From positions 1 to 39,111 of the IMG/VR virus record IMGVR_UViG_3300037692_000352: a stretch of 39,111 nt of DNA, one strand, 5' to 3'. This stretch comes from a virus. Its lineage: Duplodnaviria > Caudoviricetes. Made by a program: the position numbers and the translations under genes. The notes beneath the pieces are model-generated. The model had not been told where the DNA came from and did not search any database. It saw only the letters and a program-made list of their open reading frames with translations. How positions within the stretch are numbered: position 1 is the first letter of the stretch; each line of letters begins with the position of its first letter. Below are positions 18,062 to 25,145 of the stretch, piece after piece.

Positions 18062-18510
18062 TGGGAAGCCGGGGCCTGCCACCGATCGAAGAGCGTCATC
18101 CACTCGTCTACCGCCGAGCCATGTCCCGGATGCAACGGCAATCCCCGACCCACACCAGCCATCGCATGGTCCGCGGCGTTGTCGAGCTCGTCGCACAGTA
18201 TCACGGGATGCGCCCGGAGATCCTGCTTGCCCGCACTCGTGTCCGGGACGTGATGGATGCCCGACAGGTCGCCATGTACGTCGCCCGCCGCTGTACGACA
18301 GCAAGCCTGGTGCTCATCGGCAGGATCCACGGACGCCACCACAGCACCGTCATCCACGACATCAGGGCTGTCCAGAACCGGATCGACACGATCCCTGGCT
18401 ACGGCCGCTTTGTGGAGGGCATCGAGAAGGCGGCATCCCGTCGCACGGGCATCCACGCGGCCACCGTCCGCGCCATCATCCACCGAGCCGACAGGGGAGT
18501 GCCTGCATGA
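18058..18510 (+). CDS. Stand-alone DnaA C-terminal (domain IV) HTH protein
   Basis: VAQYHGMRPEILLARTR...ARQVAMYVARR...SLVLIGRIHGRHHSTVIH matches DnaA domain IV. Confidence 0.8.
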   Translation: MMGSRGLPPIEERHPLVYRRAMSRMQRQSPTHTSHRMVRGVVELVAQYHGMRPEILLARTRVRDVMDARQVAMYVARRCTTASLVLIGRIHGRHHSTVIHDIRAVQNRIDTIPGYGRFVEGIEKAASRRTGIHAATVRAIIHRADRGVPA

Positions 18511-19157
18511 CCGAGCCCTACTACAGCGACGAGATGGTGACGATCTACCACGGTCGTTGCGAGGACATCGTGCCAGAGCTGGGGCGCTTTGACCTGCTGC
18601 TCACGGACCCGCCGTATGGGATCGGGGAGGCGCGGGCCAACAACGCCAGTCGTGGCCGGTTGGCTGTAGCAAGGGATTACGGCGTGTCGTCGTGGGACGA
18701 CACCACTGCCGACCATGCCGTTGCGCTTGCTGTCGCCGCCTGTGACACAGCCATCGTGTGGGGCGGCAACTACTACTCCCTGCCGCCCTCGCCTTCGTGG
18801 ATCGTGTGGGACAAACTGAATGGGGCGACAGACTTTGCCGATTGTGAGCTGGCGTGGTCTAACGCGGGTCCAGCGTGTCGCAAGTTCACTTTTATGTGGA
18901 ATGGGATGCTTCGGGCCGAGCCCGGCATACGGGTACACCCCACCCAGAAGCCGGTCGCCCTCATGTCGTTCTGCCTCCAGTACGCGAAGGCGGAACCGGG
19001 GTGGCGCGTCCTCGACCCCTTCATGGGAAGCGGCACGACGCTCGTAGCCTGCCGCAAGGCGGGCATCCGCTCGGTGGGCATCGACGCCGAGGAGAAGTAC
19101 TGCGAGATCGCCGTGCAGCGCGTGGCACAGCGGTCCCTTTTCGAGGACGCACCATGA
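18507..19157 (+). CDS. N6-adenine/N4-cytosine DNA methyltransferase (beta class)
   Basis: DPPY, HPTQKP, VLDPFMGSGTT. Confidence 0.93.
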   Translation: MTEPYYSDEMVTIYHGRCEDIVPELGRFDLLLTDPPYGIGEARANNASRGRLAVARDYGVSSWDDTTADHAVALAVAACDTAIVWGGNYYSLPPSPSWIVWDKLNGATDFADCELAWSNAGPACRKFTFMWNGMLRAEPGIRVHPTQKPVALMSFCLQYAKAEPGWRVLDPFMGSGTTLVACRKAGIRSVGIDAEEKYCEIAVQRVAQRSLFEDAP

Positions 19158-19378
19158 CCCGCCCCGGACGCTACATCGAGGCCGAGATGAAGGCCCGAGG
19201 CTGGACGGCCCACCAGGTCGCCGAGGACTCCGGCCTGTCCGTCACCACCATCACCGGCATCCTCGCGGGCCGCGAAAGGATCACGCCCATCCGGGCGTTC
19301 GGGCTCGCGCGGGCCTTCGGCGTCAGCGAGGCGCTCTTCGTCGCCCTGCAAACTGCTTTCGAGGAGACCACCCGATGA
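19154..19378 (+). CDS. HigA-like antitoxin HTH protein (no toxin partner)
   Basis: PGRYIEAEMKARGWTAHQVAE...ILAGRERIT...LARAFGVSEALFVALQ. Confidence 0.75.
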   Translation: MTRPGRYIEAEMKARGWTAHQVAEDSGLSVTTITGILAGRERITPIRAFGLARAFGVSEALFVALQTAFEETTR

Positions 19379-19707
19379 CCCTCTTCGATTTTCCCGACTT
19401 CGAGCCCCGTAAGGCGTCGGATCCTCCTGCGTTCCACAACACGTCCGGCTTGAGGGGGGCGGACCTCGTGGAGGCGACCTGTAAGTCGCTCACGCAGGAG
19501 GAGCGGATCACGAAGCTCTTCCGCGCGATGCCCGACGGCTGGACCGCGAGCCCCGAGGACGTGCACCGCCGTATGGGCACGCGCGCTCCGCTGACCTCGA
19601 TCCGCCGGGCGATGACGAACCTCACGCGGCGGGGCGTGCTCCTGCGCACGGACGCCCAGAGGACCGGCCAGTACGGGCGCCCGGTCTACCTGTGGAGGGC
19701 GGCATGA
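19375..19707 (+). CDS. Winged-helix hypothetical protein
   Basis: SIRRAMTNLTRRGVLLRT...GRPVYLW. Confidence 0.65.
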   Translation: MTLFDFPDFEPRKASDPPAFHNTSGLRGADLVEATCKSLTQEERITKLFRAMPDGWTASPEDVHRRMGTRAPLTSIRRAMTNLTRRGVLLRTDAQRTGQYGRPVYLWRAA

Positions 19708-19811
19708 CCCTGCACTCCGCGCTCCTCGTCACGGGCCTCGTGGTCGTCGGCATCGTCTCGGGCCTGTGGATGGGGTACCTCCTGTTCCACCCAGACCACT
19801 GGAAGCCATGA
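19704..19811 (+). CDS. Small single-TM protein (35 aa)
   Basis: MTLHSALLVTGLVVVGIVSGLWMGYLLFHPDHWKP; ATGA overlaps on both sides; too short for the ORF track. Confidence 0.6.
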   Translation: MTLHSALLVTGLVVVGIVSGLWMGYLLFHPDHWKP

Positions 19812-20194
19812 CCCAACAGCACGAACACATCGCGCAGCGCCAAGTCGTCGCATGGGCGCAGGCGCAGTCCGGACTGCTGCCCGAGCTGCAGCTCCTCTAC
19901 GCGATCCCGAATGGCGGACACCGGATGAAGGCCGTCGCCGGGAAGCTGAAGGCCGAAGGCGTGAAGGCCGGGGTACCCGACCTCTGCCTGCCCGTGGCCC
20001 GCGGCGGATACCACGGACTGTACATCGAGATGAAGGCCGGGGCGAACCGCACCACGAAGCCGCAGAAGACCTGGATCACGGCGCTCTCGCGCCAGGGATA
20101 CCGGGCCCTCGTGTGCCACGGGTTCGAGGACGCCAGGGGCACCATCATCGACTACCTGGGGGCCGGGTCCCGCATGCTCGTGGAGGCCGCATGA
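19808..20194 (+). CDS. VRR-NUC domain nuclease (Holliday-junction resolvase-like)
   Basis: YAIPNGG, EGVKAGVPDL, LYIEMK, QKTW...GY motifs. Confidence 0.9.
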   Translation: MTQQHEHIAQRQVVAWAQAQSGLLPELQLLYAIPNGGHRMKAVAGKLKAEGVKAGVPDLCLPVARGGYHGLYIEMKAGANRTTKPQKTWITALSRQGYRALVCHGFEDARGTIIDYLGAGSRMLVEAA

Positions 20195-20430
20195 AAGCCA
20201 AAGCCTATTGGGCGGGAGACCTGGAGGCCGGGGGCCTCATCGTCGCCGCCGAAACCCCGGCGCAAGCGCGGTTCTTCGTGAGCCGCTACCTGTTCACCAA
20301 GGAGGATTTTCCGAACATGCGCGCCCGCCGGGTACCTGCGGCCGACGACCTGATCCGTTACGTGTATCCGATCCCCCACGCGATGGACCAGTACGCGAAC
20401 ACGCTCCCCTTCTACCACAACGAGGACTGA
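20191..20430 (+). CDS. Hypothetical protein (79 aa)
   Basis: GGAGG plus ATGA coupling; IVAAETPAQAR, RARRVPAADD. Confidence 0.65.
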   Translation: MKAKAYWAGDLEAGGLIVAAETPAQARFFVSRYLFTKEDFPNMRARRVPAADDLIRYVYPIPHAMDQYANTLPFYHNED

Positions 20431-20431
20431 C

Positions 20432-21022
20432 ATGACACCCCAGCGCACCGTCTTCAGCGAGGCGACCAACCTCGCCTACATCGTGGCCGGCATCACGATC
20501 CTCCTCTCGGCTCAGCCCACGGGGCCGATCGTCGGAGCGGCCTTCATCCTGCTCGGCATCGGGTCGTGGGTCTACCACCACTACTACGCCGAGTGGGCGA
20601 ACCTCATGGACGAGCGCGGCATGTACGTATGCTTCGCGGCGATCGTCGCGGCCGCGCCCTACCAGGAGATCCCCGAGCCGTGGGGCGGCCTCCTGGGGGC
20701 CGTCATCCTCGGCGTCGGCGTGCTCATGGCGATCGCTGCCGGGGACCCGCGCCTCGCGACGATGCGCACGATGCCCGCGTGGGCGCTCGCGCTCGTCGCC
20801 GCCGTCTGGTGGACATCGAATCTCGCGACGGCGGGCGTGCTGCTGGTCGCCTTCCTGCTCGTCGCCTTCCTGCGCGAACTGCCGGAGTCGAATTTCTGGA
20901 CGCCCAAGGCGTGGTTCCGAGAGCGCTACGACGGCCTCCACGGGCTCTGGCACGTCGGCACGTGCTGCCTGATGCTCATGGCGTGGATGGCGATCATCGG
21001 GATCTGGGGGGTGGGACGATGA
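20432..21022 (+). CDS. Multi-TM CREST-superfamily (alkaline ceramidase-like) membrane hydrolase
   Basis: TNLAY, GIGSWVYH (SxxxH), LMDERGM (D), HGLWH (HxxxH) motifs in order; about 6-7 hydrophobic helices. Confidence 0.72.
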   Translation: MTPQRTVFSEATNLAYIVAGITILLSAQPTGPIVGAAFILLGIGSWVYHHYYAEWANLMDERGMYVCFAAIVAAAPYQEIPEPWGGLLGAVILGVGVLMAIAAGDPRLATMRTMPAWALALVAAVWWTSNLATAGVLLVAFLLVAFLRELPESNFWTPKAWFRERYDGLHGLWHVGTCCLMLMAWMAIIGIWGVGR

Positions 21023-21291
21023 CGAGTGACGAAATCCTGAGACACCGGGTCAACTCATTCTTGTTGCCGCCGCCGGGCGGTGAGGCTGTGCGGTTCATTC
21101 TCGACGAGTTGTATCGCCACGGCGACGAGAGGGCGAAGGAGGAGCGGGAGCGGATCGTGGATCACCTCACTTGGCTGGCGGGCACCTACCACGACACACG
21201 CGACAAGGACGCCGCAGATGCACTTTCGGATGCCGCATACCGCATCGAACGCGGCGACCACCTGACGCCGCCCACGGGCGGGGAGGGATGA
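21019..21291 (+). CDS. Cassette ORF 1, hypothetical (90 aa, ends PPTGGEG)
   Basis: ATGA overlap with the upstream stop; ends in the repeat. Confidence 0.7.
   Translation: MTSDEILRHRVNSFLLPPPGGEAVRFILDELYRHGDERAKEERERIVDHLTWLAGTYHDTRDKDAADALSDAAYRIERGDHLTPPTGGEG
21268..21287 (+). repeat. Cassette junction repeat 1
   Basis: CCGCCCACGGGCGGGGAGGG followed by ATGA. Confidence 0.95.
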
Positions 21292-21533
21292 CCATGGCCG
21301 ACTACCGAATGACCGACGAGGAACTGGAAGAACTTAAGAAAGCATCCAGACCCGTACCCTATCTCATCATGGGAGGGATGCCTCCCCCCTCGCCCCGCGA
21401 AAACGCGATGAGGGTATGGAGAAAGATCGCCCAGCGTGTCGGGTGTGTCGTAGACACGATCGCTCCACGAGGCGGCGACCCGCACGATTTTTCTGCTACC
21501 GCCAACCCGCCGCCCACGGGCGGGGAGGGATGA
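21288..21533 (+). CDS. Cassette ORF 2, hypothetical (MTMADYRMTDEELEEL...PPTGGEG)
   Basis: Starts directly after repeat 1 and ends in repeat 2. Confidence 0.75.
   Translation: MTMADYRMTDEELEELKKASRPVPYLIMGGMPPPSPRENAMRVWRKIAQRVGCVVDTIAPRGGDPHDFSATANPPPTGGEG
21510..21529 (+). repeat. Cassette junction repeat 2
   Basis: CCGCCCACGGGCGGGGAGGG. Confidence 0.95.
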
Positions 21534-21537
21534 GGGG

Positions 21538-21873
21538 ATGGGCCGAGCACATTCCATCGGGCGCGATGCAGCAATCGCCCTCTTCGAAACGCGATGGTGG
21601 GAGTCTGCCACCGACGACGAGATCGTGCGCGTTCAACTGTGGACCCGCGAACTCTGCATGGACTTCGGGCGCTTTCATCAGGCGATGGAGGCTGTCCTTG
21701 GCCGACCCGTGTGGACGCACGAGTTCGCCGAATGGGGGCACCTTCAGGACGAGGTGGAGGGCAAGGTCGCCGCGCCCTCCTTCGATGAGATCGTGGCGAT
21801 GATCCCCGAGGGCAAGCGCATCGTGATCGTAATACCCGACCCCGAACAGCCGCCCGCGGGCGGGGAGGGATGA
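21538..21873 (+). CDS. Cassette ORF 3, hypothetical (111 aa, LGRPVWTHEF motif, ends PPAGGEG)
   Basis: Lies between repeats 2 and 3. Confidence 0.8.
   Translation: MGRAHSIGRDAAIALFETRWWESATDDEIVRVQLWTRELCMDFGRFHQAMEAVLGRPVWTHEFAEWGHLQDEVEGKVAAPSFDEIVAMIPEGKRIVIVIPDPEQPPAGGEG
21850..21869 (+). repeat. Cassette junction repeat 3
   Basis: CCGCCCGCGGGCGGGGAGGG. Confidence 0.95.
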
Positions 21874-22160
21874 CCGTGAAGAAGGAGATCGTATTCAGCA
21901 CATTCCGTGGGGATATGTGTGACCCGACCGAATACTATGTTCCCTACAAGGAGGCATCGGCCGGAATCGAGCGCGCCCTCGCCCTCGCCGACGAGCGGGT
22001 GAAGGAGGAGCGCCGTGCGTGCAGGGACATTGTGCGGCAAGAGGCATACGATTTCGAGAGGAGTGGGAACACGGTGTCGGTAGCACTACATCGACTCGCC
22101 GACCATATCCATAGCCGCGACCACCTGACGCCGCCCACGGGCGGGGAGGGATTACGATGA
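21870..22160 (+). CDS. Cassette ORF 4, hypothetical (96 aa), C-half paralogous to ORF 1
   Basis: Lies between repeats 3 and 4; DERVKEERR...RDHLTPPTGGEG. Confidence 0.75.
   Translation: MTVKKEIVFSTFRGDMCDPTEYYVPYKEASAGIERALALADERVKEERRACRDIVRQEAYDFERSGNTVSVALHRLADHIHSRDHLTPPTGGEGLR
22131..22150 (+). repeat. Cassette junction repeat 4
   Basis: CCGCCCACGGGCGGGGAGGG; identity to repeat 1 extends to 36 bp (22117-22152 vs 21254-21289). Confidence 0.95.
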
Positions 22161-22408
22161 AGGTAATCGCATTACACGAGACCCCAACCAACGAGGGCAC
22201 CGACTCGTTCGTGGTCGGGCAGCCGGGGTGGTTCAGAATGGACCGCATCGCCGTCGTCACGAAGATCGCCTGGTGCTCCACGGGTGAACACGAGGATGAT
22301 GGCAAGTGGGTTGTGGATACCGAGGACGGGGGCCAAATAGTGTACCCACCGAATGCTGTCGCTGTACGAATCGAGCAAGAGCCGCCCGCGGGCGGGGAGG
22401 GGACATGA
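22157..22408 (+). CDS. Cassette ORF 5, hypothetical (83 aa)
   Basis: Lies between repeats 4 and 5; ends PPAGGEGT. Confidence 0.75.
   Translation: MKVIALHETPTNEGTDSFVVGQPGWFRMDRIAVVTKIAWCSTGEHEDDGKWVVDTEDGGQIVYPPNAVAVRIEQEPPAGGEGT
22382..22401 (+). repeat. Cassette junction repeat 5
   Basis: CCGCCCGCGGGCGGGGAGGG. Confidence 0.95.
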
Positions 22409-22638
22409 AGGAGACGAGTACACCCATGCCGGGCAGGGGCGGTCAAATATGGCGCGAGAGCCGGGAACTCGCCATGGCCACCGTCCGCGACTGGCACCCT
22501 ACGTGCGAGATGTGCGGGCACGCGAGCGACTGGGACGAGGAATCGGCATCCTGTCCGTTCACGGGATTCGTCGCCCGAGACGACTACTGCAACCACCACA
22601 CCTTCCTCGAAGCCACGACAATCGAGCCCCCCGCCTGA
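22405..22638 (+). CDS. Cassette ORF 6, Cys-rich putative metal-binding protein
   Basis: ATG after repeat 5; CEMCGH...C...DDYCNHH; ends EPPA (truncated repeat-like end). Confidence 0.7.
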   Translation: MKETSTPMPGRGGQIWRESRELAMATVRDWHPTCEMCGHASDWDEESASCPFTGFVARDDYCNHHTFLEATTIEPPA

Positions 22639-22641
22639 CCC

Positions 22642-22905
22642 GTGCCCAAACCCTCCATCACCCCCGCCACGCGTCTCGCCGACCACATCATGGCCCAGCT
22701 GTCCTATCTCGACACGGGCGCGAAGGAAGCCCTCGCGTGGTACACCAAGGCCGAGATGCGCGCGTGGTTCGAGGGGTACGGCTCGGGCGTGAGGGCGCGC
22801 CGCGACGCCGTGATCCGCGTCCTGGAGCGCACCGTCTTCGCGGACGACATCGAGGCGGGGCGCATGGCGCGGTACCGGCCCGAGGCCACCGACCAGGCGG
22901 CATGA
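22642..22905 (+). CDS. Hypothetical protein (87 aa)
   Basis: GTG start, GC-biased codons, ATGA coupling to the excisionase. Confidence 0.6.
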   Translation: MPKPSITPATRLADHIMAQLSYLDTGAKEALAWYTKAEMRAWFEGYGSGVRARRDAVIRVLERTVFADDIEAGRMARYRPEATDQAA

Positions 22906-23117
22906 AGGACCCCGAGACCATAGGCGGCGTGCGCGCCCTGCTCGGCGACGACGCCCTCGTCACCGAGCGCGAGGCGGCGGAGATCCTGTGCGTGCACGTG
23001 GACACCCTGGCCCGGATGCGGCGCTCGAAGGAGATCCCCTACGGGCGGATCGGCAAGAAGATCGTCTACTCGGTGGGCGTCATCCGCCGGGTGGCCCGGA
23101 TGGCGACGGCCGCGTAG
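22902..23117 (+). CDS. Excisionase-like (MerR-type HTH) protein
   Basis: LVTEREAAEILCVHVDTLARMRRSKEIPYGRIGKKIVY; immediately upstream of the integrase. Confidence 0.8.
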   Translation: MKDPETIGGVRALLGDDALVTEREAAEILCVHVDTLARMRRSKEIPYGRIGKKIVYSVGVIRRVARMATAA

Positions 23118-23141
23118 ATTCCGGCCGGAGGACCACCGGCC

Positions 23142-24194
23142 ATGCTCGTCCCGCGTACGCCGATCCTGTACAAGCACAGGAAGCGGTGGAATCTGATTTT
23201 CTACGACCCCGCCACGCAGAGGCAGAAGTGGCTCGCGCTCGGCACGGGCGACAAGGCGGCCGCCGAGCGACGCGCGAAGCCCATCGTACAGGCCTACGAG
23301 CGGCAGGAGTTCAACCCGTGGAGGGATACCTGGTCGAGCGGGACGCCGATCCTCGCCGCCCTCGACGCCTTCACCGCGCGCCCCGACCTCAAGGATCGCT
23401 CGCGCGATAACGCGGCATACCTCGTCCGGCGGCTCGCGCGTGCCATGCCGTCCGGATCCACGCTCGAGATGGTGACCGACGCCGACGTGCGCCGCATCGT
23501 CCTCGCTCCAAGCTCCGTCGACGGCAAGCACTCCTACCGCCGCACCCTCGCGTCGTTCTTCTCGTGGTGCATGAAGCGCGGCCTCGGAGCGGACAACCCC
23601 GCGTCCCGCATCGTCCTCCCGAAGAAGATCCGCCGCTCTCCGCGCTTCCTGACCAGGGCCCAGGCCGTGCACCTGCTCCGGACCGAGACGAACCCCGAGA
23701 TTCAGAGCCTCATCCGCTTTGCGCTCGGGTCGGGCCTCCGCCGCGGCGAGCTCGTGACGCTGAGGCGCGCGGACGTGAGCGCAGAGCGCGGGACGATCAC
23801 CGTGCGCGGGGAGATCGCCAAGGGCTACGCCGACCGGATCGTCCCCCTCGGAGCCTGGGCCCGGCAGGCCGTCGAGGGGCGCCCGGACCACGGCGTCCTC
23901 TGGCCGCTGCGCGGTGAGCATGCCTCGAAGCGCGTGAAGCGGAGCCTCACGGCGGCGGGGCTCGGCGCGTTCAACCTGCACTCGCTCCGCCACACGTTTG
24001 CCAGCTGGCTCCGCATCGGGGGCGCCCCGCTCGACCGGATCCAGTACTGGCTCGGGCACCGCTCGATCACGACGACCGAGATCTACGCGCACCTCCAGCC
24101 GGAGGCGATCCTGGGGGAGTTCGAGGTCGCGTTTTCCGGCCCTGCCCTTGGACCCTTATTGGAAAGCGCGGAGTCTGTAGACACAAGCCCTTGA
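23142..24194 (+). CDS. int: Tyrosine integrase
   Basis: SGLRRGEL (R), K, HSLRH (HxxR), LGHRS (H), TTEIYAH (Y). Confidence 0.95.
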   Translation: MLVPRTPILYKHRKRWNLIFYDPATQRQKWLALGTGDKAAAERRAKPIVQAYERQEFNPWRDTWSSGTPILAALDAFTARPDLKDRSRDNAAYLVRRLARAMPSGSTLEMVTDADVRRIVLAPSSVDGKHSYRRTLASFFSWCMKRGLGADNPASRIVLPKKIRRSPRFLTRAQAVHLLRTETNPEIQSLIRFALGSGLRRGELVTLRRADVSAERGTITVRGEIAKGYADRIVPLGAWARQAVEGRPDHGVLWPLRGEHASKRVKRSLTAAGLGAFNLHSLRHTFASWLRIGGAPLDRIQYWLGHRSITTTEIYAHLQPEAILGEFEVAFSGPALGPLLESAESVDTSP

Positions 24195-24207
24195 CCCGCA
24201 AGGGCTT
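24185..24207. terminator. Hairpin at the integrase stop (possible terminator between convergent operons)
   Basis: AAGCCCTTG-acccg-CAAGGGCTT. Confidence 0.5.
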
Positions 24208-24221
24208 TCGGCCCGTCACAT

Positions 24222-24270
24222 TCTGACTTTTAATCAGAGGGTCGCAGGTTCGAGCCCTGCCGGGATCACC
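24222..24270 (+). tRNA. 3' half of tRNA-Lys(UUU), the attP core (partial, not a functional tRNA)
   Basis: Anticodon arm TCTGA-CTTTTAA-TCAGA, T arm GCAGG-TTCGAGC-CCTGC, acceptor 3' strand CGGGATC-A-CC; no 5' acceptor strand or D arm upstream. Confidence 0.9.
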
Positions 24271-24360
24271 GTTTTTGAGCCGCTGTGGCAGGGTCAACTC
24301 CGGTAATCCCAGACAATACACGATTCAAGACGGCGCACGTTCTTGGCGCCTTATTGGAAC

Positions 24361-24612
24361 TCACCGCCGCGAGCGGATGATCTCGTTCTCTTGCATGAGG
24401 ATCTTCCGGACCCGCTCGCAGTCGTCGAGATCCTTCGCGGCCTTCTCGGCGCGCAGCTCGGCGTGCGTGGCCGCGCGGTCCTTGTCCTTGATCCGGTCGC
24501 GCTGCGCCTTCATCAGGTATCCGAAGAGCGCGCTGATCGCGGCGAACGCCGCCGTCAGGATGTTCTGCACCGAGAAGAGGTCGGCACTGGCGAGGTCTTG
24601 TGGGGTCATCAT
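24361..24612 (-). CDS. Single-TM coiled-coil protein (holin/antiholin-like)
   Basis: ILTAAFAAISALFGYLM then charged coiled coil; last gene of the late operon. Confidence 0.6.
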   Translation of the reverse strand: MMTPQDLASADLFSVQNILTAAFAAISALFGYLMKAQRDRIKDKDRAATHAELRAEKAAKDLDDCERVRKILMQENEIIRSRR

Positions 24613-24622
24613 GGCGGGGTGG

Positions 24623-24901
24623 TCAGAAGTCGCAGGTATCGTTCCGCTGGATGCGGTTCAGGCACTGGATGATTTCCCTGAGGCTCTCGTCGATCTGCCG
24701 GTCCATCTCGGCCTGGCTACGCGTCAGCTGCTGCTGCGTGACGTACGTCGCCTCGACGTGCACGAGACGCTCGGTGTGGTTGTCGAGCACCCGCCCGATG
24801 CTCACGCGGTCGGAGACGGCCCAGCCGATGGTGAAGGGCACCACGAACGCCACGAACCAGATCAGCCCTTTTGATAGCGCGCCTCGCCAGGAGTCATTCA
24901 T
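24623..24901 (-). CDS. Single-TM coiled-coil protein (lysis accessory candidate)
   Basis: MNDSWRGALSKGLIWFVAFVVPFTIGWAV then coiled coil. Confidence 0.6.
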   Translation of the reverse strand: MNDSWRGALSKGLIWFVAFVVPFTIGWAVSDRVSIGRVLDNHTERLVHVEATYVTQQQLTRSQAEMDRQIDESLREIIQCLNRIQRNDTCDF

Positions 24902-24929
24902 GCTCTCTCTCGGTTCGGGTGTGGGTGGT

Positions 24930-25145
24930 TCAGTTGCTCTCGGCCTTGCCGTTGGTCCCCTGCAGCTTCTTGGCGAGCGCGAGGGCGCCGGCAAGCCGTG
25001 AGAGGTTCTGCGTGTTGAGATCGAGCGCCTTCGCCAGCTCCTGGCGCTGGGTCTCGTAGGACCGGATGTCCTGCTCGAGCTTCGTGATCCACCCCTCCAG
25101 AGAGGTGGGTTCGGATTCGATCTTCGGCTTGTTGCTCATGGTCAT
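24930..25145 (-). CDS. Small coiled-coil protein (possible fibre chaperone)
   Basis: ATGA coupling to the fibre gene; WITKLEQDIRSYETQRQELAKAL. Confidence 0.6.
   Translation of the reverse strand: MTMSNKPKIESEPTSLEGWITKLEQDIRSYETQRQELAKALDLNTQNLSRLAGALALAKKLQGTNGKAESN

Larger units (their letters stand above)
24147..24359 (+). other. attP region with paired arm-type direct repeats
   Basis: CTTGGACCCTTATTGGAA (24147-24164) and CTTGGCGCCTTATTGGAA (24342-24359), 16/18 identical, flanking the tRNA core. Confidence 0.65.

Noticed and set aside
21268-22401. CRISPR array interpretation of the 20-bp repeats
   Set aside because: Spacers are 220-320 bp and each holds an ORF; no cas operon (the PD-(D/E)XK nuclease is in a recombination context)
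21019-24194. Classical integron (attC/IntI) or shufflon
   Set aside because: Repeats lack GTTRRRY/RYYYAAC ends and long attC stems; all are direct and all ORFs co-oriented, so no inversion; the integrase has its own attP and no evident IntI insertion
24195-24270. Complete phage tRNA-Lys gene
   Set aside because: No 5' acceptor strand complementary to CGGGATC and no D arm upstream; only the 3' half is present
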